Of a stretch of DNA of 64,000 nt, positions 38,184 through 48,983 are shown piece after piece. The notes under the pieces were generated by a model. That model ran no database searches. It had not been told where the DNA came from and saw nothing but the letters and a program-made list of their open reading frames with translations. Made by a program: the position numbers and the translations under genes. Every line of letters begins with the position of its first letter. Within the stretch, counting starts at the first letter, position 1. Source of the stretch: Candidatus Eiseniibacteriota bacterium (GTDB lineage Bacteria > Eisenbacteria > RBG-16-71-46); assembly GCA_963717935.1 (NCBI GenBank), contig CAVQXP010000004.1, forward strand, positions 1,440,001 through 1,504,000, read 5' to 3'.

Positions 38184-40220
38184 ATGGAGGAGCAGAAGAG
38201 CAAGTCCTACGTCCCGGCCACCTCGACCATGCGGGAAGTCTCGATCAAGGCGCTGTTGATCGGCCTGGTCATGTGCGTGGTGCTGGGCGCGGCCAATGCC
38301 TACCTCGGCCTGAAGGCAGGGATGACCATCGCGGCCACCTACCCGGCGGCCGTCATCGGCATGGCGCTGCTCAAGGTCTGGAAGGGCACGATCCTCGAGG
38401 AGAACTACGCGCGAACCGTCGGGTCGATCGGCGAGTCGGTGGCTGCGGGCGCGATCTTCACGCTCCCGGCCTTCCTGATCGCGGGCGTGTGGACGGAGTT
38501 CTGGACCCCGCAGCACTACTTCGAGGCCAGCGCGATCCTGCTGATCGGCGGCATCCTGGGCATCCTCTTCGTCACCATCCTGCGGCGCGTGATGGTCGAG
38601 GACAAGGAACTCCCGTTCCCCGAGTCCGTGGCGGCGGCCGAGATCCACAAGGCCGGGCAGGGCGGACAGACCGGGGCGAAGTTCCTGTTCTACGCGATGG
38701 GCCTGGGCGCCCTCATCCAGGCGATGCGGTCGCTGAACGTCTTCGCCTCGAGCTGGGAGCGCTTCATCTCCTTCGCCGGGAAGAAGATCACGCTGGGCAA
38801 CGGCGCCTCGGTGCAGGCCGGCGGCGGCGCGCTCATCACGACGCCGGGCGTGAGCCCGGCCTACATGGGCGTGGGCTACATCATCGGGCCCAAACTCGCG
38901 GCGCTGAACTTCACCGGCGGGCTGCTGGCCTGGGGCCTGTTCGTGCCGCTGCTCCTGTATTTCAACGGGCCGCAACTCGCGGCCTCGCTGCAGGGCACGG
39001 GAGTGGACCTCGCCGCCCACGACACCTGGGTGACGATGGCCAACCAGGTCTGGCGCGGCATCGTGCGCCCGATCGCCATCGGCGGCATGCTCATGAGCGC
39101 GGCCTACACGCTCTTCCGCATGCGCAAGAGCCTGGGCTCGGGTCTGTCGCGCGCCATGGGAGACGTCAAGAAGGCCGCAGTCGGCAAGCACGACGTGGTG
39201 CGCACCGACCGTGACCTGCCCTTCAACTGGGTGTTCGTCGGCATCCTGCTCTGCATGATCGCGGTCTTCGCCATCTACCTCTACTTCACGCACCACGTCA
39301 CCGCGGCCCTGGTGGCCACCATCGTGATGGTCATCGCCGGCTTCTTCTTCTCCGCCGTCTCGGGAAACCTGGTCGGGCTGATCGGATCGAGCAACAACCC
39401 GATCAGCGGCCTGACCATCTCCACGCTCATCATCGCCGCGCTGCTGATGGTCGCGCTCGGCGTGAGCGGGATGCCCGGCGTGGCCGCGGTGCTCGGCGTG
39501 GCGGCGATCGCCTGCGTCACGGCCGCAGTCGCCGGCGAGATGCTGCAGGACCTCAAGGTCGGGCACATCCTGGGCGGCACGCCCTGGAAGATGCAGCTCG
39601 GCGACATGGTCGGCGTGGCGCTGGCCGCGGCCGTGATGTTCATCCCGCTCGTCATCCTCAATCAGGGTGACATCGCGATGGGCGGCACCGGGCTGGGCGG
39701 CAAGGCCTACCCGGCGCCCCAGGCCAGCCTGATGGCGATCCTGGCGAGTGGCATCGTCGGCCACGACATGGCCTGGCCGCTCATCATCGTCGGCATGCTG
39801 ATGGCCTTCGGTTTCATCCTGGTGCAGGTGAGGAGCCCGATGCTGGTGTGCGTCGGCATGTACCTGCCGCTCGAGACCTCGTTCGCCATCTTCGTCGGCG
39901 GGCTCATCAAGGGCGTCTTCGACAGCATCGCCAAGCGCCGCGGGTTCAACGAGGCGCAGACCATCCGGAGCGGCAACAACGGCACGCTGCTCGCCGCCGG
40001 CCTGATCGCCGGGGAGGCGCTCATCGGGCTGCTGTTCGCCGGGCTGGCGGTCGCGAATCTCAAGTACGACACGTGGCTGCCCGGGCTGTCGAACTTCTTC
40101 CCGGCGCCCTTCGGCGTCAGCCTGCTGGTGTTCCTGGTGATCGGCTGGGTGCTGATCCGCGTGCCGCTCGCGAACGCGGGGCGCCCGGAGGATCCGGCGC
40201 CGCCGAGCGCGATGGTCTAG
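38184..40220 (+). CDS. OPT family oligopeptide transporter (second paralogue)
   Basis: ANAYLGLKAG, ILEEN, LPFPES, SNNPISG, QDLKVG, APQA, GMYLP; GGAGG SD. Confidence 0.92.
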   Translation: MEEQKSKSYVPATSTMREVSIKALLIGLVMCVVLGAANAYLGLKAGMTIAATYPAAVIGMALLKVWKGTILEENYARTVGSIGESVAAGAIFTLPAFLIAGVWTEFWTPQHYFEASAILLIGGILGILFVTILRRVMVEDKELPFPESVAAAEIHKAGQGGQTGAKFLFYAMGLGALIQAMRSLNVFASSWERFISFAGKKITLGNGASVQAGGGALITTPGVSPAYMGVGYIIGPKLAALNFTGGLLAWGLFVPLLLYFNGPQLAASLQGTGVDLAAHDTWVTMANQVWRGIVRPIAIGGMLMSAAYTLFRMRKSLGSGLSRAMGDVKKAAVGKHDVVRTDRDLPFNWVFVGILLCMIAVFAIYLYFTHHVTAALVATIVMVIAGFFFSAVSGNLVGLIGSSNNPISGLTISTLIIAALLMVALGVSGMPGVAAVLGVAAIACVTAAVAGEMLQDLKVGHILGGTPWKMQLGDMVGVALAAAVMFIPLVILNQGDIAMGGTGLGGKAYPAPQASLMAILASGIVGHDMAWPLIIVGMLMAFGFILVQVRSPMLVCVGMYLPLETSFAIFVGGLIKGVFDSIAKRRGFNEAQTIRSGNNGTLLAAGLIAGEALIGLLFAGLAVANLKYDTWLPGLSNFFPAPFGVSLLVFLVIGWVLIRVPLANAGRPEDPAPPSAMV

Positions 40221-40339
40221 GGATCGAACATAGGGAACCGCGAAGGATCTTCATCGGGAGGACGCGAGGGGGCGGGGCGCGTGACCGGGCGCCCCGGGTC
40301 CCTTCGCGCCTTCCCTGGACCCGAGAAAGGAGCTTGTCT

Positions 40340-41797
40340 GTGTCGAGCGCGATCGAAGGACTGAAGCCTGCCCTGCTCTGGAAGTACTTCGCGGAGATCT
40401 CGAAGATCCCGCGGGGCTCGAAGAACGAGGCGGCGATCACGAAGTACGTGCTGGGAGTGGCGAAGCAGCTCGGGCTCGAGGCCCGGGCCGACAAGTTCGG
40501 CAACGTGGTGGCGCGCAAGCCCGCCTCGCCCGGCCGCGAGCGGGTCCGCACCGTGGTGCTGCAGGGCCACCTCGACATGGTCTGCGAGAAGAACAAGGAC
40601 ACGGTGCACGACTTCCTCAGGGATCCCATCGTGCTCGTGCGCAAGGGCGACGTGCTGATGGCCGACGGCACCACGCTGGGGGCGGACAACGGCGTCGCGG
40701 TGGCGACCAGCCTCGCCATCATGGAGGACCAGAGCCTCGAGCACGGACCGCTCGAGTTCCTGTTCACCGTGGACGAGGAGACCGGTCTGACGGGCGCGAA
40801 CAACCTGGGCCCCGACTTCCTGACCGGCAAGACCCTGCTGAACCTCGATTCCGAGGAGGAGGGCGCGGTCTACGTCGGCTGCTCGGGGGGACGGAACACG
40901 GCGGCGCGCTGGGCCCTGACGACGGACGCGGCGCCGGCGGCGGCGGTGGCGGGGTTGCTCAAGGTCACCGGTCTGCGGGGCGGCCACTCGGGCCTCGAGA
41001 TCGACAAGAACCGCGGCAACTCGATCAAGATCCTGGCGCGCACGCTGTTCGCGCTCTCGGAGCTGGGCGTGCGGATGGCCTCGATCGAGGGCGGCAACAA
41101 GCACAACGCCATCCCGCGCGAGGCCGAAGCGCTGGTGTTCGTGCCGAAGAAGATCTGGCCGGTCGCCGCCGAGCTGGTGGCGAAGTGCCAGGCGACCATC
41201 CGGGCCGAGCTCGGCGTCGCGGACCCCGGCCTGAACCTGACGCTGACCGAGAGCAAGGGCGCGAAGCGCCGCAGCGTGTTCAAGAAGGCCGTGCAGATGA
41301 AGGTGCTGCAGACGCTGGTGGCCCTGCCGCACGGCGTCATCAAGATGAGCTCCGACATCCCCGGCCTGATCGAGACCTCGACCAACGTGGCCACCATCAA
41401 GTCCACGGCCAAGTCGATCGAGCTGGTGAGCAGCCAGCGCAGCTCGGTGGCCTCGGAGATCGACGAGATCTGCGACACGGTGCGCGTCATCCTCGAGCTG
41501 GGCGGCGCCACCGTGAAGCAGTCGGACGGTTACCCGGGCTGGAAGCCGAATATGGACTCCGAGGTGCTCAAGGTCGCCAGGTCCACCTACCAGGCGCTCT
41601 ACGGCAAGTCCGTCGAGGTGAAGGCCATCCACGCCGGTCTCGAGTGCGGCATCATCGGCGAGAAGTACCCCGGGATGGACATGCTCTCCTTCGGGCCGAC
41701 GCTCGAGGGTGTGCACTCGCCGGACGAGAAGATGCACATCAGCACGGTCGAGAAGTACTGGGACTTCCTGATGGGCATCCTGAAGAACGTGAAGTAG
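40340..41797 (+). CDS. pepD: Aminoacyl-histidine dipeptidase (M20C)
   Basis: QGHLDMV, LGADNG, DEETG, NLDSEE, GGHSG, NAIPRE, HAGLECG, HSPDE. Confidence 0.93.
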   Translation: MSSAIEGLKPALLWKYFAEISKIPRGSKNEAAITKYVLGVAKQLGLEARADKFGNVVARKPASPGRERVRTVVLQGHLDMVCEKNKDTVHDFLRDPIVLVRKGDVLMADGTTLGADNGVAVATSLAIMEDQSLEHGPLEFLFTVDEETGLTGANNLGPDFLTGKTLLNLDSEEEGAVYVGCSGGRNTAARWALTTDAAPAAAVAGLLKVTGLRGGHSGLEIDKNRGNSIKILARTLFALSELGVRMASIEGGNKHNAIPREAEALVFVPKKIWPVAAELVAKCQATIRAELGVADPGLNLTLTESKGAKRRSVFKKAVQMKVLQTLVALPHGVIKMSSDIPGLIETSTNVATIKSTAKSIELVSSQRSSVASEIDEICDTVRVILELGGATVKQSDGYPGWKPNMDSEVLKVARSTYQALYGKSVEVKAIHAGLECGIIGEKYPGMDMLSFGPTLEGVHSPDEKMHISTVEKYWDFLMGILKNVK

Positions 41798-41816
41798 CGA
41801 GGAACGACGCGCGTCC

Positions 41817-41846
41817 CCGGCCCGGGTCAGGTCCGACCCGGGCCGG
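41817..41846 (+). terminator. GC hairpin after pepD
   Basis: CCGGCCCGGGTC-loop-GACCCGGGCCGG. Confidence 0.4.
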
Positions 41847-41914
41847 CCGCGCGAAGGCCCGGGCGCCGGGCGGTCGCACGCCGCGGCCCCGGACCGCCGA
41901 GCGGAGCGTGTGCG

Positions 41915-42634
41915 ATGACGCGGAGCCCTGCGAAGGTCGGACCCTTCATCCTGTCCGTCGCGCTGGCGCTGCTCGCTGCGGATGCCCGAGCCGTGCCGAA
42001 GGCGGCGCCTTCCGTCGAGGACCTGCTCGCCGCCCGGGCGAGCTACCCCGCCCACTGGTGGGCGGCGGCTCCGCAGGAAGGCGCTTCCGACTGGGAGGTC
42101 CTGCCGCAGGCGGCGGGGCCCGGCGAGGTGATCGTCTCCAAGCGCAACGAGCTGGGCCTGCTTTCCAACTTCGCGCCGACCCCGTTCACCTTCCGCGACA
42201 GGCGCTACGCCAGCCTCGAGGGGTTCTGGCAGATGATGCTCTACCCGGAGGGCCCCGGCGATCCGCGGGCGCGCTTCCCCGGGCTGGAGTGGGCGCACAC
42301 CCGCGAACAGGTGGCCCAGATGACCGCCTTCGAGGCGAAGCGGGCGGGCGAGCAGGCGGAGCGGAACATGGAGCGCATGGGGATCGGCTGGGTGACGTTC
42401 GAGGGACGCCGCTTCGCCTACCGCCCGGAGCGGCCCGGCAGGCACTGCCGGCTCGTCGTGGCGGCCATGCGCGAGAAGGTGTGGCAGAACCCCGAGGTGA
42501 AGAGGGTCCTGCTCGCGACTGGAGGTCTGACTCTCAAGCCCGACCACCGCCAGGAAGCCGATGCCCCGGACGCCTGGCGCTACTGCGAGATCCTCATGAG
42601 GATCCGGGCGGAGCTGCGGCAGAGAGCGCGCTGA
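41915..42634 (+). CDS. Exported NADAR(YbiA)-like protein
   Basis: Signal peptide ending ARA; LSNF, YASLEGFWQ, EAKRAG, MREKVWQN, LLATG, ILMRIRAEL. Confidence 0.7.
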   Translation: MTRSPAKVGPFILSVALALLAADARAVPKAAPSVEDLLAARASYPAHWWAAAPQEGASDWEVLPQAAGPGEVIVSKRNELGLLSNFAPTPFTFRDRRYASLEGFWQMMLYPEGPGDPRARFPGLEWAHTREQVAQMTAFEAKRAGEQAERNMERMGIGWVTFEGRRFAYRPERPGRHCRLVVAAMREKVWQNPEVKRVLLATGGLTLKPDHRQEADAPDAWRYCEILMRIRAELRQRAR

Positions 42635-42677
42635 GCGAAGTGGCGGCCAGTCAGGTATCTCGAAAGGGTCGAGTCGC

Positions 42678-43232
42678 ATGTTCTCCTCCATAGAAGCCGA
42701 TCGCGTGGTCCTGCGCCGTCTGGAGCCATCCGACGCGGAGGTGGTGTTCGGCTACCGGGCCGATCCGGAGGTCTGGCGCTATCAGAACTGGGTGCCCGCG
42801 TCGGTCGACGAGGTCCGGGCGTTCATCGAGTCCCTTGCCGGGCTCGAGCCGGACTCCCCGGGCAGGTGGTTCCAGGTGGGGATCGAGCTCCGCGAGTCGG
42901 GGGAGCTGGCCGGCGATTGCGGCATCCACGTGTCCGCGTCGGACCCCCGGCAGGTGGAGATCGGGATCACGCTCGCGCCGTCGCATCAGCGCCGCGGGCT
43001 CGGCTCCGAGGCGCTCCGGGCGCTCCTGGGCTACCTGTTCTCGGTGCTCGGCAAGCACCGCGTGTTCGGCTCGGTGGATGCCCGCAACGAGGCGTCCCTG
43101 GCGCTCCTGCGACGGGTCGGCATGAGGCAGGAGGCTCACTTCGTCGAGAACTGCTGGTCCAAGGGCGAGTGGACCGACGACGTGGTGTTCGGGATGCTCG
43201 ATCGGGAATGGGTGGCGACCCACGGCGCCTGA
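42678..43232 (+). CDS. GNAT N-acetyltransferase (RimJ/RimL type)
   Basis: EIGITLAPSHQRRGLG, NEASLALLRRVGMRQEA. Confidence 0.9.
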   Translation: MFSSIEADRVVLRRLEPSDAEVVFGYRADPEVWRYQNWVPASVDEVRAFIESLAGLEPDSPGRWFQVGIELRESGELAGDCGIHVSASDPRQVEIGITLAPSHQRRGLGSEALRALLGYLFSVLGKHRVFGSVDARNEASLALLRRVGMRQEAHFVENCWSKGEWTDDVVFGMLDREWVATHGA

Positions 43233-43384
43233 CTCCCGGCCGGAGCCGGCCGCCGTAAGCCCGTGTCCGCCGCCCCCCCGACTCGCATGCGACCCCTGCC
43301 CTGCGGTAACGTAACCTCGTCGGACCGTGTACCGGGGTGGTCCACGTCCCGGGTCCTCGCGAACCCACTGTCGGGAGGCTCACC

Positions 43385-44653
43385 GTGATCCAAGGTGTCG
43401 CGAAGTTCTTCCGCTCGCTGCGCGAGTACCACGCGTCCTTCTGGACGGCGAACCTCTCGGAGCTGTTCGAGCGCGTCGCCTTCTACGGGATGGCGACCAT
43501 CCTGGTCCTCTTCCTGACGAAGTCGCGGGGGTTCTCGAATTCCCTGGCCATCTACGTCGGGGGCTACTTCGGGCTCTTCACCTACGGGCTCGCGGCATTC
43601 TCGGGCTTCCTCGCCGACCTGCTGGGCTACCGCCGGGCGATGCTCTCGGCCTACGCACTGCTCGCAGTGGGCTACTTCCTGGTGGTGACCGTGCACGGCA
43701 CGGTGCCCATCCTGGGCGCGTTGCTGCTGATCGCCTTTGGCGCGTCGCTCATCAAGCCCTCGATCACGGGCACGGTGCAGAAGGTCTGCACCGAGCCGCA
43801 GCGGGCGCTGGGCTTCTCGATCTACTACACGCTGGTCAACGTCGGCGGCTTCATCGGTCCCAACCTGGGCGGTCAGATCCGCGACCGGATGGGGGTGGAG
43901 CCGGTGTTCTTCTGCAGCGCGGGCGCTGCGGCCCTGGCCTTCCTGCTGGTCCTGTTCGCGTTCCGCGAGCCGGTGGCCGCGGCCGGCAGGGAAGCCCGCA
44001 AGAGCTTCGGCGCGTTCCTCGGGGACTTCGGCCGCGTGCTGATCAACTGGCGGCTCATGACGCTGATCCTGCTGGTCGCGGGGTTCTGGAGCATGTTCTT
44101 CCAGTTCTACGGGCCGTTGCCGCTCTACCTGACCGATGACCTCCATACTTCGACCCGGGCGCTGGGCTTCGTGATCTCGCTCGACGCGCTCGCGATCGTC
44201 TGCCTGCAGGTGGTGGTCGGCTACTTCGTCCGCAACCTCGTGGCGGGGCGGGCCATCTTCCTGGCTGCCCTGGTCGCCGCGGCGGGCATCGCCTTCATCG
44301 GCCTGGCCCCGTCGATCTGGGTCGTGGGGGTCGGGATCCTGATCTTCTCGGTGGGCGAGATGATCTACTCGGCGCACTTCTACCGCTATCTCGGCAGCAT
44401 CGCGCCGCCCGACCAGGTAGGCATGTACATGGGCTTCGCGTTCCTGCCGATCGCGCTGGGTTACTTCCTGGCGGGAGTGATCGGTGGACCGGCCTACGAC
44501 TTCTTCAAGAACACGCTTCACAAGCCGCAGCTCATGTGGTTCGCCTTCGCGGCCGTCGGCGTGGTCTCGGCCTTCGGCCTGCTGTTGATGACCACGCTGC
44601 TCAAGGGCGGGGCCGGCGACCGTCCGGCGGCGAGCGGGACCGGGGCGGCCTGA
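43385..44653 (+). CDS. MFS transporter, POT-like
   Basis: ELFERVAFYG (ExxER), IKPS, FSIYYTLVNVGG, GEMIYS. Confidence 0.85.
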   Translation: MIQGVAKFFRSLREYHASFWTANLSELFERVAFYGMATILVLFLTKSRGFSNSLAIYVGGYFGLFTYGLAAFSGFLADLLGYRRAMLSAYALLAVGYFLVVTVHGTVPILGALLLIAFGASLIKPSITGTVQKVCTEPQRALGFSIYYTLVNVGGFIGPNLGGQIRDRMGVEPVFFCSAGAAALAFLLVLFAFREPVAAAGREARKSFGAFLGDFGRVLINWRLMTLILLVAGFWSMFFQFYGPLPLYLTDDLHTSTRALGFVISLDALAIVCLQVVVGYFVRNLVAGRAIFLAALVAAAGIAFIGLAPSIWVVGVGILIFSVGEMIYSAHFYRYLGSIAPPDQVGMYMGFAFLPIALGYFLAGVIGGPAYDFFKNTLHKPQLMWFAFAAVGVVSAFGLLLMTTLLKGGAGDRPAASGTGAA

Positions 44654-44654
44654 G

Positions 44655-47330
44655 TTGCACCCGCTCGACCGCATCTTCAGGCCCCAGCGCATCGCGCTGA
44701 TCGGCGCCTCGCAGAACCCGAAGAGCGTCTCGGGCACGGTGCTCAAGAACCTGGTCGGCTCGGGCTTCCGCGGGGTGGTCTACCCCGTGAACCCCGCGCA
44801 CGAGTCGGTGCTCGGCGTGCAGTGCTGGCCGGGCCTCGGTGACCTGCCGCGCACGCCGGACTTGGCCGTGATCTGCTCGCCGGCCGGCGAGGTGCCCGAC
44901 GTGGTGCGGGCCTGCGGGGAGGCGGGCATCCGCGGCCTGGTCATCATCTCGGCGGGGTTCCGCGAGACCGGGCCCGCGGGCGCGGCGCTCGAGCAGCGCG
45001 TGCGCGCCGAGATGCGGCGCTTCGACGGGATGCGCGTGCTGGGGCCCAACTGCCTGGGCTTCATCGTCCCGGAGGCGAGCCTCAACGTCACCTTCGCGCA
45101 CGGCATGCCGAAGGCCGGCAGCATCGCCTTCATCTCGCAGTCGGGCGCGCTCTGTACCTCGGTGCTCGACTGGGCGCTCGAGCAGGGGCTGGGCTTCTCG
45201 CACTTCGTCTCGGTCGGCAACCTGCTGGACGTGGACTTCGGCGACCTCATCGACTACCTGGGCGAGGACGAGAGCACCCGCTCCATCCTGCTCTACATCG
45301 AGTCGCTGACCAACGCGCGCAAGTTCCTGAGCGCCGCGCGGGCCTTCGCCCTGGGCAAGCCGATCGTCGCCTACAAGGCCGGCCGTTTCCCCGAGTCCGC
45401 GAAGGCCGCCGCCTCGCACACCGGCGCGCTGGCCTCGGAGGACGAGGTCTTCGACGCCGCGTTCGCGCGCGCCGGCGTAGTGCGCGTCTACGAGATCGCC
45501 GACATCTTCAACGTCGCGGGGCTCGTGGGACGCTACCGCAGCCCGGCCGGCCCGCGGCTGGGCATCGTCACCAACGCCGGCGGGCCCGGCGTGATGGCGA
45601 CCGACGCCCTCATCGCGCGGCGCGGCGCGCTGGCGGACCTCGCCCCGGCGACGATCGCGGCCCTGGACGAGAACCTGCCGCCCGCCTGGTCGCACGGCAA
45701 CCCCGTGGACGTGCTGGGCGACGCCAACTCGAAACGCTACGCGAAGGCCGCCGAGATCGTGGCGGCCGATCGGGGCGTGGACGCGGTGCTGGCCATCCTC
45801 ACGCCCCAGGCCATGACCAACCCGACCGCGACCGCGATGGAGCTGGGCGCCCTGGCGGGGAAGGTGAAGAAGCCCGTGCTCGCCTCGTGGATGGGCGGGG
45901 CCGGCATGCGCGAGGGCGTGCAGGTCCTGGCTCGCGCCGGCGTGGCGACCTACGACACGCCCGACGAGGCGGTGCAGGCCTTCATGACGCTGGTCACCTA
46001 CGCGCGGAACCTGGAGACGCTGTACGAGACGCCCCGCGACATCCCGGTCGAGTTCCCGCTCGACCGGCAGGCGCTCAAGTCGCGCTTCGCCTCGCTGGTG
46101 CCGGCCGAGGGCGACACCCTCTCCGAAGCCGCGTCGAAGACCGTGCTCGAGGCCTACGGCATCCCGGTCGCGCGGCCCGTGCCGGCGGCGGGCGCGGACG
46201 AGGCCGTGCGGGTCGCGGCGGACCTGGGCTACCCGGTGGTTCTCAAGCTCGACTCGCCCGACATCACCCACAAGAGCGACGTGGGTGGCGTGGCGCTGGA
46301 CCTGGAGAGCGCGGACGAGGTGCGCGCGGCCTACGAGCGCATCGTCGCCGGGGCACGGCGGGCGCGGCCCGAGGCGCGCGTCGCCGGTGTGACCGTGCAG
46401 CGCATGGTGCACTCGCGCGACGGGCTCGAGCTGATCGTCGGCGCGCGTCAGGATCCGGTGTTCGGGACCGTGATGCTGGCCGGCATGGGAGGTGTCGCCG
46501 CCGAGGTGCTGCGGGACCGGTCGCTGGGATTGCCGCCGCTCAACGAGCGGCTCGCCCGCCGCATGCTCGAGTCGCTGCGGGCCTGGCCGCTCCTGCAGGG
46601 CTACCGCGGGCGGCCCGGCGTGAACCTGGACCGGCTCATCGAGGCCCTGATGCGCGTTTCGTACCTGGTGGCCGATCACCCCGGGATCAAGGAGCTCGAC
46701 GTCAACCCGCTGCTCGCCACGCCGCACGAGGTCATCGCGCTCGACGCGCGCATCATCGTGGATCGCGAGCGGCTGGCGCACCCGGGGAAGCCGTACTCCC
46801 ACCTGGCGCTGCGGCCCTATCCCGAGGAGCTCGAGCGCCACGTCTCGCTCCCCGACGGCGAGCGGCTGCTGCTGCGGCCCATCCGGCCCGAGGACGAGCC
46901 GCACTGGATGGCGATGCTGGCCGCCTGTTCGCGCGAGACCCTCTACATGCGCTTCCGCTACATGTTCCAGTGGGCTACCCACGAGGCCGCCATGCGCTAC
47001 TGCTTCACCGACTACGACCGCGAGATCGCCATCGTGGCCGAGCGCGAGGGTGGCGAGCCGCGGTTGGTGGGTGTGGGGCGGCTCGTGGCCGAGCCCGAGC
47101 ACGAAGCCGCCGAGTACGCCGTGCTGGTGAGCGATGCCTGGCAGAACCGGGGCCTGGGCGGCGTGCTGACCGACGCCTGCGAGGAGATCGCGCGCGGCTG
47201 GGGTCTCAAGCGCATGGAGGCCCAGACCACCGCCGACAACGCGCGCATGCTGGCGCTGTTCAAGAAGCGCGGCTACACGGTCGAGCCCGACGAGGAAGGG
47301 CTGATGAAGGTGACGAAGGAGTTGCGGTAG
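44655..47330 (+). CDS. NDP-forming acyl-CoA synthetase-like / GNAT fusion (Pat-type lysine acetyltransferase)
   Basis: GPNCLG, SQSGA, ASHTG, TNAGG, NPVD, HKSDVGGV, C-terminal GNAT (DYDREIA, QNRGLG); TTG start 1 nt after the MFS stop. Confidence 0.9.
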   Translation: MHPLDRIFRPQRIALIGASQNPKSVSGTVLKNLVGSGFRGVVYPVNPAHESVLGVQCWPGLGDLPRTPDLAVICSPAGEVPDVVRACGEAGIRGLVIISAGFRETGPAGAALEQRVRAEMRRFDGMRVLGPNCLGFIVPEASLNVTFAHGMPKAGSIAFISQSGALCTSVLDWALEQGLGFSHFVSVGNLLDVDFGDLIDYLGEDESTRSILLYIESLTNARKFLSAARAFALGKPIVAYKAGRFPESAKAAASHTGALASEDEVFDAAFARAGVVRVYEIADIFNVAGLVGRYRSPAGPRLGIVTNAGGPGVMATDALIARRGALADLAPATIAALDENLPPAWSHGNPVDVLGDANSKRYAKAAEIVAADRGVDAVLAILTPQAMTNPTATAMELGALAGKVKKPVLASWMGGAGMREGVQVLARAGVATYDTPDEAVQAFMTLVTYARNLETLYETPRDIPVEFPLDRQALKSRFASLVPAEGDTLSEAASKTVLEAYGIPVARPVPAAGADEAVRVAADLGYPVVLKLDSPDITHKSDVGGVALDLESADEVRAAYERIVAGARRARPEARVAGVTVQRMVHSRDGLELIVGARQDPVFGTVMLAGMGGVAAEVLRDRSLGLPPLNERLARRMLESLRAWPLLQGYRGRPGVNLDRLIEALMRVSYLVADHPGIKELDVNPLLATPHEVIALDARIIVDRERLAHPGKPYSHLALRPYPEELERHVSLPDGERLLLRPIRPEDEPHWMAMLAACSRETLYMRFRYMFQWATHEAAMRYCFTDYDREIAIVAEREGGEPRLVGVGRLVAEPEHEAAEYAVLVSDAWQNRGLGGVLTDACEEIARGWGLKRMEAQTTADNARMLALFKKRGYTVEPDEEGLMKVTKELR

Positions 47331-47581
47331 AAGGGGTTGGCCGCGAGCCATCTGCCCGTGTCCCACGGAGGGGAGGACGGTCCCCGGCACGATCGCGGAG
47401 CCCGGGACGCGTTCGGCGCCCGCCAGCAGGCGTCGGGCGGATTGTCGCGTATCCGATTGGCCTTTCCGTGGCTCCCGCCGTAGGAATCCCCCGTGCGGGT
47501 TCTGCTGCCCTCGCCCCTGGCTGCGCGCCGGAGACGGTCGCGCGGGCCGGGTCGTCTCCAACCCATTTCGAGAGGTCCGAC

Positions 47582-48983
47582 ATGGAAGGAAGTCGCCTGC
47601 GAGCGTCACTCCGCGGCCTGGCTTTCGGGCTCGCGCTGCTGGCGGTCGTCGCCGCGCCGCGCGGGCTCTGGGCCGCCGGCGCGCTGAGCGTCCCCTACAC
47701 CACCTTCACCCTGCCCAACGGGCTCAAGGTCATCCTGCACGAGGACCACGCGCTGCCCATCGTCAGCGCGAACATCTGGTACCGCGTGGGATCCGGCGAC
47801 GAGAAGCCGGGGCGGACCGGCTTCGCCCACCTGTTCGAGCACATGATGTTCATGGGCTCGCAGAACGTGCCGACCGGGGACTTCGACCGGCTGCTCGAGG
47901 CCGCGGGGGCCGACAACAACGGCTCCACCACCGAGGACCGCACCAACTACTACGAGGACGGCCCTTCGAACTCCCTGGCGCTCATGCTCTACCTGGACTC
48001 GGACCGCATGGGCTTCCTGACGCCCGAGATCACCGCGGAGAAGGTGGAGCTGCAGAAGGGCGTGGTGCAGAACGAGCGCCGGCAGTCCTACGAGAACCGG
48101 CCCTACGGGCTCGCCGAGGAGAACATCCTGAAGCGCCTCTATCCGCCCGACCATCCCTACCACTGGCCGGTCATCGGCTCCATGGCCGACCTGCAGGCCG
48201 CCTCGCTCGAGGACGTGCAGGACTTCTTCCGCTCCTACTACACGCCCAACAACTCGGTGCTGGTGATCGCCGGGGACATCGATCCGGCCCAGACCCGCCG
48301 GCAGGTGGAGCGCTGGTTCGGGGACGTCCCGCGCGGCCCGAGGTGGTGCGTCGCCCGCCGCCGCCGGTGAAGCTCGAGGCCGACGTGTTCGGCTGCTGGA
48401 GGACCGGGTGCAGTTGCCGCGCGTCTATGACGTGTGGCACTCGGGGCGCCTGTTCGGCCCGGATGACGCGGCCCTCGACGTCCTGAGCCAGATCCTGGGC
48501 GGCGGCAAGTCGTCGCGCCTCTACCGGCGGCTGGTCTACGAGCTGCAGATCGCCAATCAGGTGGTGGTCTACAACGACGCCGGTAAGAGGGACGGCAAGC
48601 TGATGATGTTCGCCACCGCCACGCCCGGCCACGCGCTGGACGAGCTGCAGCGGGTGATCGACGAGGAGTTGGGGCGGCTCGCGCAGACGGGTCCGACCGA
48701 GCGCGAACTGCAGCGGGTCAAGAACGGCGTCGAGGCGCAGTTCCTCGACGGCATGCAGCAGGTGGGCGGGTTCACCGGCAAGGCGAACCAGTTGAACCAC
48801 TATGATTTCTTCGTCGGCACGCCGGACTACTTCAACCAGGACCTCGAGCGCTACCAGAAGCTGACGACCGCCGACATCCAGCGCGTGGCCCGGGAGTACG
48901 TGACCGGCGCGCACCGGGTGGTGCTCAGCATCGTGCCGCAGGGCAAGACGGAGCTGGCGGTGACGGAAGGGAGGCAGCCATGA
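47582..48983 (+). CDS. M16B zinc peptidase, catalytic subunit, exported; two apparent -1 indels (~48341, ~48392)
   Basis: Signal peptide, LPNGL, GFAHLFEHMMF (HxxEH), NERRQ, HPY, SSRLY; the reading continues across frames. Confidence 0.85.
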
